IMG/VR virus record: IMGVR_UViG_3300035670_000706
Location: 1-36,065 of that record
Length of the DNA stretch: 36,065 nt
Source: a virus
Taxonomy: Duplodnaviria; Caudoviricetes
Reading direction: 5' to 3' (one strand)
Shown: in pieces, positions 1 through 7,684 of the stretch
Numbering within the stretch: position 1 is the stretch's first letter
How the letters are laid out: each line of letters opens with the position of its first letter
Position numbers and translations under genes: made by a program
Notes under the pieces: generated by a model
The model's database searches: none
What the model was told of the DNA's origin: nothing
Seen by the model: the letters and a program-made list of their open reading frames with translations, nothing else

Positions 1-114
1 CCCATGGCACTTAAAATAAGGTTCAGACTCGCCTTGGTATTCGTGTTCATGACCGCAGTATGGACACACTATATCATCTCGATTTATAGTTGAAAATTTT
101 TCTTTTTTAGTCAT
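1..114 (-). CDS. Partial small zinc-ribbon protein (runs off the left edge)
   Basis: Manual translation from ATG at 114: MTKKEKFSTINRDDIVCPYCGHEHEYQGESEPYFKCHG..., with a CPYC pair and a later Cys. Preceded by the recurrent left-arm leader. Confidence 0.65.
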   Translation of the reverse strand, partial: MTKKEKFSTINRDDIVCPYCGHEHEYQGESEPYFKCHG

Positions 115-131
115 ATATTTTTTAATTAAAG

Positions 132-410
132 TTAATAAACAATATTATTCATTTCGACATATTTTCGACCGACCGAGTAGTGAATTTTTACTTTTCTTGA
201 TGCTTCAGCCAAATTTTTTGTATCGTAAAGAATTTCCAAAAATTTTTTTTCATTAAACTCTTTTTTTCTTTCATATTTCGATATTTTTTTATCGAGAATA
301 AAATCTAAATCAAAATCGTTGATCTTGTAAGTATTTTTTACAAGTTCCCGATTTTTTTCGTTTGAGTTGTAAGTTTTTATAACTTCATTTTCAAATTTAT
401 AGTTGAACAT
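132..410 (-). CDS. Hypothetical protein, probable HTH DNA-binding; paralogue of 1255..1563
   Basis: 92 aa ORF; C-terminal NLAEASRKVKIHYSVGRKY is HTH-like; leader motif upstream. Confidence 0.6.
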   Translation of the reverse strand: MFNYKFENEVIKTYNSNEKNRELVKNTYKINDFDLDFILDKKISKYERKKEFNEKKFLEILYDTKNLAEASRKVKIHYSVGRKYVEMNNIVY

Positions 411-428
411 ATATTTTTTTATTTTTAG

Positions 429-662
429 TTAATTTACCCATTTATATTTTTTAAGCTCGTTATAAATCGTCTCGCACATTAGCGGGTCAATGTTGTATCT
501 TTCGCCCGAGCAATATTTGTTGTAGTAATATCGCTCCTCGGCAATTGATTTTTTAAAGTTCTCGCCGTTAATTTCTATAACTTTTTTAGCCACTTTATCG
601 CAAATTATCGCCAAGCCAACTAAGAAAATGATTATTGCAATTATTTTTAAGATTTTTTTCAT
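429..662 (-). CDS. Small protein with N-terminal membrane anchor or signal
   Basis: MKKILKIIAIIIFLVGLAII hydrophobic N-terminus; tightly packed in the operon. Confidence 0.65.
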   Translation of the reverse strand: MKKILKIIAIIIFLVGLAIICDKVAKKVIEINGENFKKSIAEERYYYNKYCSGERYNIDPLMCETIYNELKKYKWVN

Positions 663-664
663 AT

Positions 665-1015
665 TTATTTTTCCATTTTGTTAATAAAATTATTTACTTC
701 GATTTGAATTTGTTTAAGTCGCTCGTCGCTTGTTTCGTCGTTGTTTACTTCTGCGATATAGCCCATTTTGTGCGGGTTTAAATCGACAAATGTTTCTAAA
801 TCTAAAATGAAGTTTCTCGTTTCGGTTTTTGTTTCGTTGAGCGAAAATTTTATCTCGGGCTTAATTTCGTCAAGCGATGATTTAAATTCGTCGTTAGTGA
901 TTAAGCCTTTCTCTTCAGCTTGCAAGCTAAAAGAAAGTTCATTTAAAGACTCTACCAAGTCGCTAATTTGCGATTTAATTTTTGTGATTTGATTTATTTT
1001 TGTTTTGTTTGACAT
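665..1015 (-). CDS. Hypothetical protein (helical/coiled-coil)
   Basis: 116 aa ORF with leader TTAACTTAAACTAAAAAAATATATG. Confidence 0.7.
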   Translation of the reverse strand: MSNKTKINQITKIKSQISDLVESLNELSFSLQAEEKGLITNDEFKSSLDEIKPEIKFSLNETKTETRNFILDLETFVDLNPHKMGYIAEVNNDETSDERLKQIQIEVNNFINKMEK

Positions 1016-1033
1016 ATATTTTTTTAGTTTAAG

Positions 1034-1171
1034 TTAATAAAGACCAATTCCAACAAAAATCATTTTTTGATTTTTTTCGCAAAAATCATAAAGATTAATT
1101 TGTTTTGAATTTTCGAGATTATATACATTAGCAATTTGCCATTTGTTATTTATTAATGTAAAATATTTCAT
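1034..1171 (-). CDS. Small hypothetical protein, 45 aa (not in ORF track)
   Basis: MKYFTLINNKWQIANVYNLENSKQINLYDFCEKNQKMIFVGIGLY*. Full leader upstream; its TAA is the TAA of the next gene's leader. Confidence 0.55.
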   Translation of the reverse strand: MKYFTLINNKWQIANVYNLENSKQINLYDFCEKNQKMIFVGIGLY

Positions 1172-1254
1172 ATTTTTTTTAATTTAAGTTAATAATTATT
1201 TTTATTTTAGTCGCTAGTTTCTAGCTTAAAACTAAAAACAAACATTTTTTTTAT

Positions 1255-1563
1255 TTATTTTTTATTTGTTTCGTTTTGAGAATTAAGCCCCCTCCTTCTT
1301 AAAAATTGGTATCCGGTATTTATTTTTATACCACAATTGAAAGCAGCTTCTTTTACCGATAAACCATCGATTATCATCGCAGTAAATTTATCCGAGTCAA
1401 AGCGAATTAAATTGCCCCTGCCAACCTTTTTTTTAATGCCACATTCTTCTAAAATCTGGTTTAGCTGGTAAATCGTTAATCCAAATTGTTTGGTTATTAA
1501 TGATTTTTTCTTGCATAAGTTAAATTGTTTTATAACTTGTTTTTTAAATTTTTCTTCAAACAT
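1255..1563 (-). CDS. Probable HTH DNA-binding protein; paralogue of 132..410
   Basis: Two HTH-like segments: KSLITKQFGLTIYQLNQIL and GLSVKEAAFNCGIKINTGYQFL. Confidence 0.65.
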   Translation of the reverse strand: MFEEKFKKQVIKQFNLCKKKSLITKQFGLTIYQLNQILEECGIKKKVGRGNLIRFDSDKFTAMIIDGLSVKEAAFNCGIKINTGYQFLRRRGLNSQNETNKK

Positions 1564-1579
1564 TTTTTTTAAAATTAAG

Positions 1580-1957
1580 TTAATGTAAAATATCTTTAAA
1601 TTCTAATTCATAAAATACTTTTATGCCATTATCATCAAAGCATATATTGCCCATTGCAAAAACATCATCACCCCATTTATGTAAAGGATTGTCGACCCTA
1701 GAAATAATATTAGGATCGATATTGTTTTTATTTTTATATGCTTCTTCAATTGTTAATTGTCCAGAGTTTATTTTTTCAATAATTTCATCCTTGAAAACAC
1801 TATATCTAAAATGATATTTAGCATTTTCAAAAAAGAATTTTTTTGCCTCAATTTCTGCATTTTCTTTCGAGTTTTGCCCCAAAGAATAGCTTTGTAATTT
1901 TGTTTTTGTGTTGGTTTTTCCAATACAAAAAATGTTTATTCTTGTAAAATATTCCAT
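1580..1957 (-). CDS. Hypothetical protein
   Basis: 125 aa ORF co-oriented in the operon; A-rich leader. Confidence 0.7.
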   Translation of the reverse strand: MEYFTRINIFCIGKTNTKTKLQSYSLGQNSKENAEIEAKKFFFENAKYHFRYSVFKDEIIEKINSGQLTIEEAYKNKNNIDPNIISRVDNPLHKWGDDVFAMGNICFDDNGIKVFYELEFKDILH

Positions 1958-1975
1958 ATTTTTTTATTTGAGTTG

Positions 1976-2092
1976 TTATTTTTTGCCTTTCGATAAAAAA
2001 AGCATAAAAAGGATTGGTAATATTAAAAACTTAAAAGCTATTAAGATTAATAAAATTACCAATAAAATTAAAATTTTTTTTAAGGTGTCCAT
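1976..2092 (-). CDS. Small membrane peptide, 38 aa (not in ORF track)
   Basis: MDTLKKILILLVILLILIAFKFLILPILFMLFLSKGKK*. TAATG stop/start overlap with the upstream gene; fills the gap. Confidence 0.55.
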   Translation of the reverse strand: MDTLKKILILLVILLILIAFKFLILPILFMLFLSKGKK

Positions 2093-2739
2093 TACTGCAA
2101 TTGTTTAGTGTTAATTGAATAAATAGACCTTACTAAATCAATTTTTTTTGAGATAGTAAAGATAAAATCTAAATCCTGTTGAAATTTATTGATAATATCA
2201 CTATCGCTCGTTGAAATTTCAAAACTTTTAAATATCGTAAAAAATACATAATTATTTTTCCTTACCATTAAAAATTTTTTATTTAATTCCTTAAAAAATT
2301 TTGTTGCTAATTTTGAATTTTCAAAAATTATATAAAATTCTTGATATACTCTTTTAGTTGTTATTCCTTGATATTTTATTTTTTTAATTTGAGGTTTTTT
2401 CATATTTTTTTTTGCATAATATTTTTTTTGCCTTTCATTAATCTTGTCTCTATTTTTTTCAATATATTCTTTTCGATACTTCTTTATTTTTTCTTTATTA
2501 TTTTTGCGGTATTGTTTCGCATATTCTAGATATTTTTCTTGTTTTTCTTTATAATATTTCTTATGTTTTTCTGCATAAACGTCTTTATTTTTTTTTCGAC
2601 TTATTTGATTGCTGGCTTTACATTTTTCTTTATTATTTTCATAATATTTCTTAAAATACTCTTTAGACCTTGCATTTAATTTTTCCTTATTATTTTGATA
2701 ATATTTTTTATTGTATTCTTTTTTTTCTAATTTATTCAT
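2092..2739 (-). CDS. Basic K/Y-rich repeat protein, probable nucleic-acid binding
   Basis: N-terminal half has repeated KKYYxxNKEK-like units; no HNH catalytic motif seen in the C-terminus. Confidence 0.65.
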   Translation of the reverse strand: MNKLEKKEYNKKYYQNNKEKLNARSKEYFKKYYENNKEKCKASNQISRKKNKDVYAEKHKKYYKEKQEKYLEYAKQYRKNNKEKIKKYRKEYIEKNRDKINERQKKYYAKKNMKKPQIKKIKYQGITTKRVYQEFYIIFENSKLATKFFKELNKKFLMVRKNNYVFFTIFKSFEISTSDSDIINKFQQDLDFIFTISKKIDLVRSIYSINTKQLQ

Positions 2740-2770
2740 ATATTTTTTTGTTAAGTTAATATTAATTGTT
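2735..2770. repeat. 36-bp perfect direct repeat, copy 1 (copy 2 at 4077..4112)
   Basis: ttcatatatttttttgttaagttaatattaattgtt is identical at both sites and spans the ATG and leader. Confidence 0.9.
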
Positions 2771-3011
2771 AATTTTTAATGATTTCTATAAAATCATTTG
2801 TCCTAGAATTTTCCTTAAAAAATTTTCTAATATCTTTTTTTGCTTTTTTATTCGCCGTGTAAGAGTCCGTCCAGCCATAATGGATTTTATCAATTCTTTT
2901 GTTATTTTTATAAAAATTGATTTTATCAAGACTTTTTACCCCCAATAAATCAATTGCTTTTATCGCTTGTTTAGTGTTGATAAAAGACCATTTTATTTTG
3001 AATTGTGCCAT
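2769..3011 (-). CDS. Hypothetical basic protein
   Basis: 80 aa ORF; (AACTTT)5 directly precedes the ATG. Confidence 0.65.
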   Translation of the reverse strand: MAQFKIKWSFINTKQAIKAIDLLGVKSLDKINFYKNNKRIDKIHYGWTDSYTANKKAKKDIRKFFKENSRTNDFIEIIKN

Positions 3012-3041
3012 AAAGTTAAAGTTAAAGTTAAAGTTAAAGTT
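3012..3041. repeat. Tandem hexamer (AAAGTT)x5
   Basis: Five perfect copies fill most of the intergenic space up to the start codon at 3011. Confidence 0.95.
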
Positions 3042-3046
3042 AATAA

Positions 3047-4081
3047 TTAAGCTAATTGATTAATCAAATTATCGTCGATTTTGATAAGATGACAACCAGC
3101 CCTAAAAAAGACATTGTTTTTAATATTAAAAATTTTGTTTATTTTATAGACCCCAAGTTTTAAGCCTTCCAAATTACCGCCATTTTTAAAGACTTCTAAG
3201 GCTTTCTTACAATCCTCAAGCGGTGCCTTGGCTCCTTTATTTGTTATAATTTCCTCACCCTCAATTTTAGCAATATAATCAAATTTCATTTTTTCAATAT
3301 CACCATCTTTTAAAAGCCCTTCATTTTCTAAAAAGCTTTCAATATCGTTTTCTAATAAACTTTGTGCTTCAGTTGTTGCAACTTCATTATAATAATTTAT
3401 TTGTTGCAACATTGCCCGCAAGTTATAGACAAATTCTTTTATTGTTGTATAGCTTTCCTTTAGAAATTCTTGTTGAAGTTCTAAAATATTGCAACTATAA
3501 TATCGCAAACTATTGATATGATTTTTGTATAGTCTGACATTATGAATTAAATCTCGGTAATTATTAATTTTTGTTAATTCAGATATTTCACGAGCAAAAT
3601 CAAAGCTATCACTATAAAAAATATTTTCTAAATTAAATAATTTTGAATTTATGCTTGTTGAATTATAACCCCAATCTTTAAACTCAAATCTTTCCTCATA
3701 AATATCCTTTTTTTGCTTATAGCAATATTCTTTATAAAAAAATCTTTTATTAAATGAATCATTTTTAGAAAATCTATCAAAAATATCGTTTAAAATATAG
3801 TCGTTTGCATGCTCGTAACTATAATTCTCATTAATATTTTCTTTTATTTTTTTTATTGTTTCTTGATTAGTTATTCCAAGATTTAAAATTGCATCATCTA
3901 TATCGCAATAGTTTAAATCATCGAGTTTTATTTGTAATGAATCGTTGTGAGTTGAATATTTAAACTTGTTTAATTTTGTGAATCGCAGCGCAACAGCTTC
4001 TTGTGAATCTGCATATTTAAACAATTCTTTTAATTCTAAAATTCTATTGTGATTTTTTATAAATTGTTTCAAGTTTTTCAT
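3047..4081 (-). CDS. Hypothetical phage protein, 344 aa
   Basis: Long ORF; conserved-looking C-terminus IITNKGAKAP...LGVYKINKI...RAGCHLI; function unknown. Confidence 0.8.
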   Translation of the reverse strand: MKNLKQFIKNHNRILELKELFKYADSQEAVALRFTKLNKFKYSTHNDSLQIKLDDLNYCDIDDAILNLGITNQETIKKIKENINENYSYEHANDYILNDIFDRFSKNDSFNKRFFYKEYCYKQKKDIYEERFEFKDWGYNSTSINSKLFNLENIFYSDSFDFAREISELTKINNYRDLIHNVRLYKNHINSLRYYSCNILELQQEFLKESYTTIKEFVYNLRAMLQQINYYNEVATTEAQSLLENDIESFLENEGLLKDGDIEKMKFDYIAKIEGEEIITNKGAKAPLEDCKKALEVFKNGGNLEGLKLGVYKINKIFNIKNNVFFRAGCHLIKIDDNLINQLA

Positions 4082-4112
4082 ATATTTTTTTGTTAAGTTA
4101 ATATTAATTGTT
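4077..4112. repeat. 36-bp perfect direct repeat, copy 2
   Basis: Identical to 2735..2770. Confidence 0.9.
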
Positions 4113-4337
4113 TGCGAAAAATTCTTTAAATTTATTAAAATCTTTCATATCGTTGAATCGACCAATATTTTCAAAATAAGAATCACAATTATTTAAAAAT
4201 TCATCGAGTTTGCTTTGAGTTGTTTTTATTAATTTGTTGTTTATATCAATTGTAATATTTTTTGAGATTTTAAAACTTTTAATTAAAATTAAATTATCAT
4301 TTTTATTAAATAAAATTTGTGAGTGTGCGTATTTCAT
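4104..4337 (-). CDS. Hypothetical protein, first gene of a leftward operon
   Basis: 77 aa ORF with leader TATTAACTTAAATTAAAAATATATG and an upstream promoter. Confidence 0.7.
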   Translation of the reverse strand: MKYAHSQILFNKNDNLILIKSFKISKNITIDINNKLIKTTQSKLDEFLNNCDSYFENIGRFNDMKDFNKFKEFFANN

Positions 4338-4360
4338 ATATTTTTAATTTAAGTTAATAT

Positions 4361-4425
4361 AATTAAATTAATAATGTAATTTAATTTTGTAATATCAATA
4401 TTAATAACCTTTTTTTATTTGTCAA
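4361..4425 (-). promoter_or_regulatory. Sigma70-like promoter followed by a stem-loop
   Basis: TTGACA (4425-4420), 16 nt, TAATAT (4403-4398); inverted repeat aattaaatta-N6-taatttaatt at 4361-4386. Confidence 0.6.
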
Positions 4426-5013
4426 CAATTATTTTAAAGAAAATAAAAATAATTTAAAAAATATCGTGAGACCAATAAAATCAATAGTTTAAACATTGTC
4501 TCAAATTGAGATTAAACAAAAATAAAAATAAAAAAGATAAAAAGTTTTAGGTTGACAAATAAAATTAATATTAATTAAAATATAAATATCCTATTATAAT
4601 TTAATAACAATTAATCTTAAAAAATCATGTCAAGAAAAAAATAAATTATTTTATATCTATACATTAAAATGTATTAAAAAGGGATTTTAAAGAAATTTTG
4701 AAAAATGCCCCTCCCTTAAGCGATTTTTTAGGGTTTAATAAAAATTAATAGGTTTTAATTTATATTCAAGAAATTAATTTATTTATTAACAAGCAATAAA
4801 AATTAATATAATAAACCAAGATTTAATTTATTATAAGTTAATAAAAAATAATAATTTTAATAGCAAATAAAAGATGAATAAGAAAGGCAAGAAAGGGCTT
4901 AAAAAAAATTGAATAGGTTTTTATACATTGAGATAATAAAAGGCAATAAAAGGGCTTAAAAAGGGGGTTTAAATTGAAATAAGTAAATTGATTAATTCCA
5001 ATTAAATTTTTGG

Positions 5014-5051
5014 CAATAAAAAACCTAGTCACTAAATAAAGTGACTAGGTT
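5014..5051 (-). terminator. Intrinsic terminator for the 7118 to 5064 operon
   Basis: 12-bp stem aacctagtcact/agtgactaggtt with 6-nt loop, followed on the minus strand by a T tract. Confidence 0.85.
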
Positions 5052-5063
5052 AAGGATAGAAAT

Positions 5064-5360
5064 TTAATAAATTATTTGATGAATTAAATTATTTTGTAAA
5101 ATTAAAGTTAAATAAAATTTAGAGTTGCCAACTTCGCAAGTTTTTAATTGATAAAATTTTAAATTATCAATATTATTATTAATATTAATATCAAAATTAG
5201 TTAAAATTTCTTTTTTTGATAATTCTTTAATTTCTAATAATTCAAAATTTACATTTTTTAAACTATAAATTTTATTTTGCCATCTTGTAATTGTTTTAAA
5301 AATATCTTGCCCTTGCTTGATATTTTTAATTTTATTTTTAAAAAATTGTGTTGAGTTCAT
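5064..5360 (-). CDS. Hypothetical protein
   Basis: 98 aa ORF ending just before the terminator. Confidence 0.65.
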   Translation of the reverse strand: MNSTQFFKNKIKNIKQGQDIFKTITRWQNKIYSLKNVNFELLEIKELSKKEILTNFDININNNIDNLKFYQLKTCEVGNSKFYLTLILQNNLIHQIIY

Positions 5361-5366
5361 AAAGTT

Positions 5367-5675
5367 TTAATTGAAATTAATTGGCTTATTTAAATTTTTA
5401 GTTAAAAATTCAGACCCATTTTTTAAGCCATCTTTTACAAGCATCTCAATAAATCCTTTATAAATTTTTATGTTATTTTTTTGTAAATAATCCAAAAAAT
5501 TTTGGTGCTTCAAATCATCATTAAAAAAATAATATTCAAAATTTTCAACTGGCCGCCCCTTAGGCTTGCCATTTTTATAATAGTTTTGAGTTTCAGAAAT
5601 CAAATAATAAGATTGATTAATTTTAATTTGAGTTTCATTGTTAATTTCTAAAATTACCGCTTTTTTAATATTCAT
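5367..5675 (-). CDS. Hypothetical protein
   Basis: 102 aa ORF; leader identical to that of 4104..4337. Confidence 0.7.
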   Translation of the reverse strand: MNIKKAVILEINNETQIKINQSYYLISETQNYYKNGKPKGRPVENFEYYFFNDDLKHQNFLDYLQKNNIKIYKGFIEMLVKDGLKNGSEFLTKNLNKPINFN

Positions 5676-5691
5676 ATATTTTTAATTTAAG

Positions 5692-5913
5692 TTAATAGTT
5701 TTTAATATTGCCGATTTTATTTAATTCATTTAAAATTTTTTCAGCTTCTGAAGTAAACTCGCCAAAACCTTCAACATCATTTTCTAAACAATATTTCATA
5801 TCTAATAAAATGTCTTTTAAATTTTTTGGATTTTTTGCAAAGTCTTTATAAAAGCTTTGTCCCGTTATTCGATCAAAATCAATAATTAAAAGTTCAATTT
5901 TTTCTTGTTGCAT
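5692..5913 (-). CDS. Hypothetical protein
   Basis: 73 aa ORF; stop codon lies inside the next leader. Confidence 0.65.
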   Translation of the reverse strand: MQQEKIELLIIDFDRITGQSFYKDFAKNPKNLKDILLDMKYCLENDVEGFGEFTSEAEKILNELNKIGNIKNY

Positions 5914-5948
5914 ATTTCATAAATTTAAAGTTAATAATAATTAATAAT

Positions 5949-6278
5949 TTATAATTTTTCTAATTCAATAAAATCAATTGAATTATTAATTTCTGATTTG
6001 TAATTTATTTTATAATTTATTTGATTTTCTTTTAAAAAACTATTCATTGCTTCAATTGTTGAAGTATTTAAATCAAATTTAGATTCACAAATTTTTGAAA
6101 CATGATCAAAACCAAGTTTTTTAAATAACTCTTTAAAAACTGCTGCTTTTTTATTATATCCAAAGCCTCCAGCTTTGCAAATTTTAGCTCCAGCAATTGT
6201 TTTAATGCTTACAACTCCAGCTCTAGACCAGTTGAAAGTTAATTTTAAAATTGAGTAGTCTTTTATATTAATATTCAT
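5949..6278 (-). CDS. Hypothetical phage protein (AGGxGYxK motif)
   Basis: 109 aa ORF with conserved-looking KAGGFGYNKKAA; leader upstream. Confidence 0.7.
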   Translation of the reverse strand: MNINIKDYSILKLTFNWSRAGVVSIKTIAGAKICKAGGFGYNKKAAVFKELFKKLGFDHVSKICESKFDLNTSTIEAMNSFLKENQINYKINYKSEINNSIDFIELEKL

Positions 6279-6499
6279 ATATTTATAAATTTAAGTTAAT
6301 AACTAATAAAATATAATAAATTTATTATTATATCATGAAGGTTATTAATATTTAATAAATGGGTTTTTTTGGTGGTGATTTAATAATTAATAATTTTTAA
6401 TAAAGAATAATATTTTTATTAAAATGTTATTTCTTGATAAATTTAAAAAAGTTTTACTATTTTTAAATTTTTTGTTAAATGCTAGATCTTGCATATTTT

Positions 6500-6676
6500 T
6501 TATTGATTGAAATTGTTAATATTTCCAATTTTTAAAAGTTTGTTAATTATTTTTAAATAAATTTTCTTTTTAAATTCAAGAGCTGAATAATTTTCAGGCA
6601 ATTCATTTATCTTTTTTTGATATTTTGTTATTAAACTATACAATTTTGCTAATTTTTGCAATTCTTTAAAAGACAT
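6500..6676 (-). CDS. Small hypothetical protein, 58 aa (not in ORF track)
   Basis: MSFKELQKLAKLYSLITKYQKKINELPENYSALEFKKKIYLKIINKLLKIGNINNFNQ*; starts 6 nt after the upstream stop. Confidence 0.55.
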   Translation of the reverse strand: MSFKELQKLAKLYSLITKYQKKINELPENYSALEFKKKIYLKIINKLLKIGNINNFNQ

Positions 6677-6682
6677 AAAATT

Positions 6683-6871
6683 TTATTGTTTAAAATTGTT
6701 AATAATGTTTAATAAAGTTGATTCTTTTAAATCACTGACTAAGTCAATGTAATCATTGAAATTTGTTGGTTCATCATAAAAATGGTTTGAAGTGTTAAAA
6801 GTTAACTCAAATAAAATTAATTTGTCTTGATTGTAGCAAGTTAATAACTTTTGTTTTATTTCTTGATTCAT
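6683..6871 (-). CDS. Hypothetical protein (start revised to ATG at 6871, MNQEIKQK...)
   Basis: The track start at 6910 overlaps the upstream gene; the internal ATG follows the upstream stop by 7 nt. Confidence 0.6.
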   Translation of the reverse strand: MNQEIKQKLLTCYNQDKLILFELTFNTSNHFYDEPTNFNDYIDLVSDLKESTLLNIINNFKQ

Positions 6872-6878
6872 AAAATTT

Positions 6879-7118
6879 TTATAAAGATTTATTATATAAA
6901 ATTGCTGCAATGGTTGAAAAAACTAAACTTAAAATTGAAGTTGAAACAAATATTTTTAAAGAAAAAAGTTCAAAAAATTCTTTTGTAAAAATTAAATTAA
7001 CATTTAAAAAAGATGCTGCAAAAAAGATTGCTGCTAAAGTCCAGCAAATTAATTCAATTTTTTCAATTTTATCTTTTTTGTTTTGTTTTTGTTTTTGTTG
7101 GTTTAAATAATTTTGCAT
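6879..7118 (-). CDS. Small two-TM membrane protein, first gene of the left arm
   Basis: Two hydrophobic stretches: LICWTLAAIFFAASFLNVNLIF and IFVSTSILSLVFSTIAAILY. Confidence 0.7.
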   Translation of the reverse strand: MQNYLNQQKQKQNKKDKIEKIELICWTLAAIFFAASFLNVNLIFTKEFFELFSLKIFVSTSILSLVFSTIAAILYNKSL

Positions 7119-7143
7119 ATTTTTTTAATTTAAATTTTTATTT

Positions 7144-7205
7144 AATGATTAAATATTTAATCATTTTGTTAAAATAATAATAACATTAAAATTTTTATTT
7201 GTCAA
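7144..7205 (-). promoter_or_regulatory. Near-consensus sigma70-like promoter followed by a 22-bp palindrome
   Basis: TTGACA (7205-7200), 17 nt ending TGn, TATTAT (7182-7177); perfect palindrome aatgattaaatatttaatcatt at 7144-7165. Confidence 0.75.
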
Positions 7206-7403
7206 CAACTATTTTAAATTATTTTAAGATAATAACAAAATGAAACAACTGGCAGGAAGTCAATAAAATCAAGGGTTGACAAGATTTTAATTAAAATAAA
7301 TGAAATAAAATTAATTATTTTTTTTAAATTGACAAAAAAAATTTTTATCTTTTTTCTTTTTTTTTTGGATAAAACAAAACATTTTAAAGATTAATAAATA
7401 AAT

Positions 7404-7598
7404 AAAATAAATAAGTTAATAAACTTTAATAAATTAGTTGGTGGTTTATTGTGTCAATTCTTTTTTTAAATTATTTGTTAAATTGTTTTAGTTGTTTCAA
7501 TTTGGTAAATGGTTTTGAGTTGGTTTATTTGTTGGTGATTGTTGTTAAATGTTGGTGTTGATTCTTGGTGATTGGTAAAAAATAAATAAGTTAATAAA
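7404..7598. repeat. 20-bp direct repeat pair (7404..7423 and 7579..7598)
   Basis: aaaataaataagttaataaa occurs twice and contains the left-arm leader core without a downstream ATG. Confidence 0.7.
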
Positions 7599-7684
7599 AT
7601 ATATTATAAAATATATAAAAATTATTTAGAAATTATTTATAAATAATTATTATTTTTTGTTTGGTTTTGGTTGATGGAGTTTTA

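Noticed and set aside
2751-2765. TTAA-N7-TTAA as a CtrA box in the 36-bp repeat
   Set aside because: Expected often by chance at this AT content, and not shared by most other leader copies.
4838-5032. 64-aa minus-strand ORF from the track
   Set aside because: It starts at a GTG inside the terminator hairpin, lacks the leader motif and is low complexity.
6380-6494. Minus-strand ORF of about 36 aa (MQDLAFNKKF...)
   Set aside because: Too short and low complexity to support, although it has an A-rich leader.
768-7110. Plus-strand ORFs 768..992, 1623..1814, 1908..2108, 2341..2529, 2766..2948, 6910..7110
   Set aside because: Antisense shadows of better-supported minus-strand genes.
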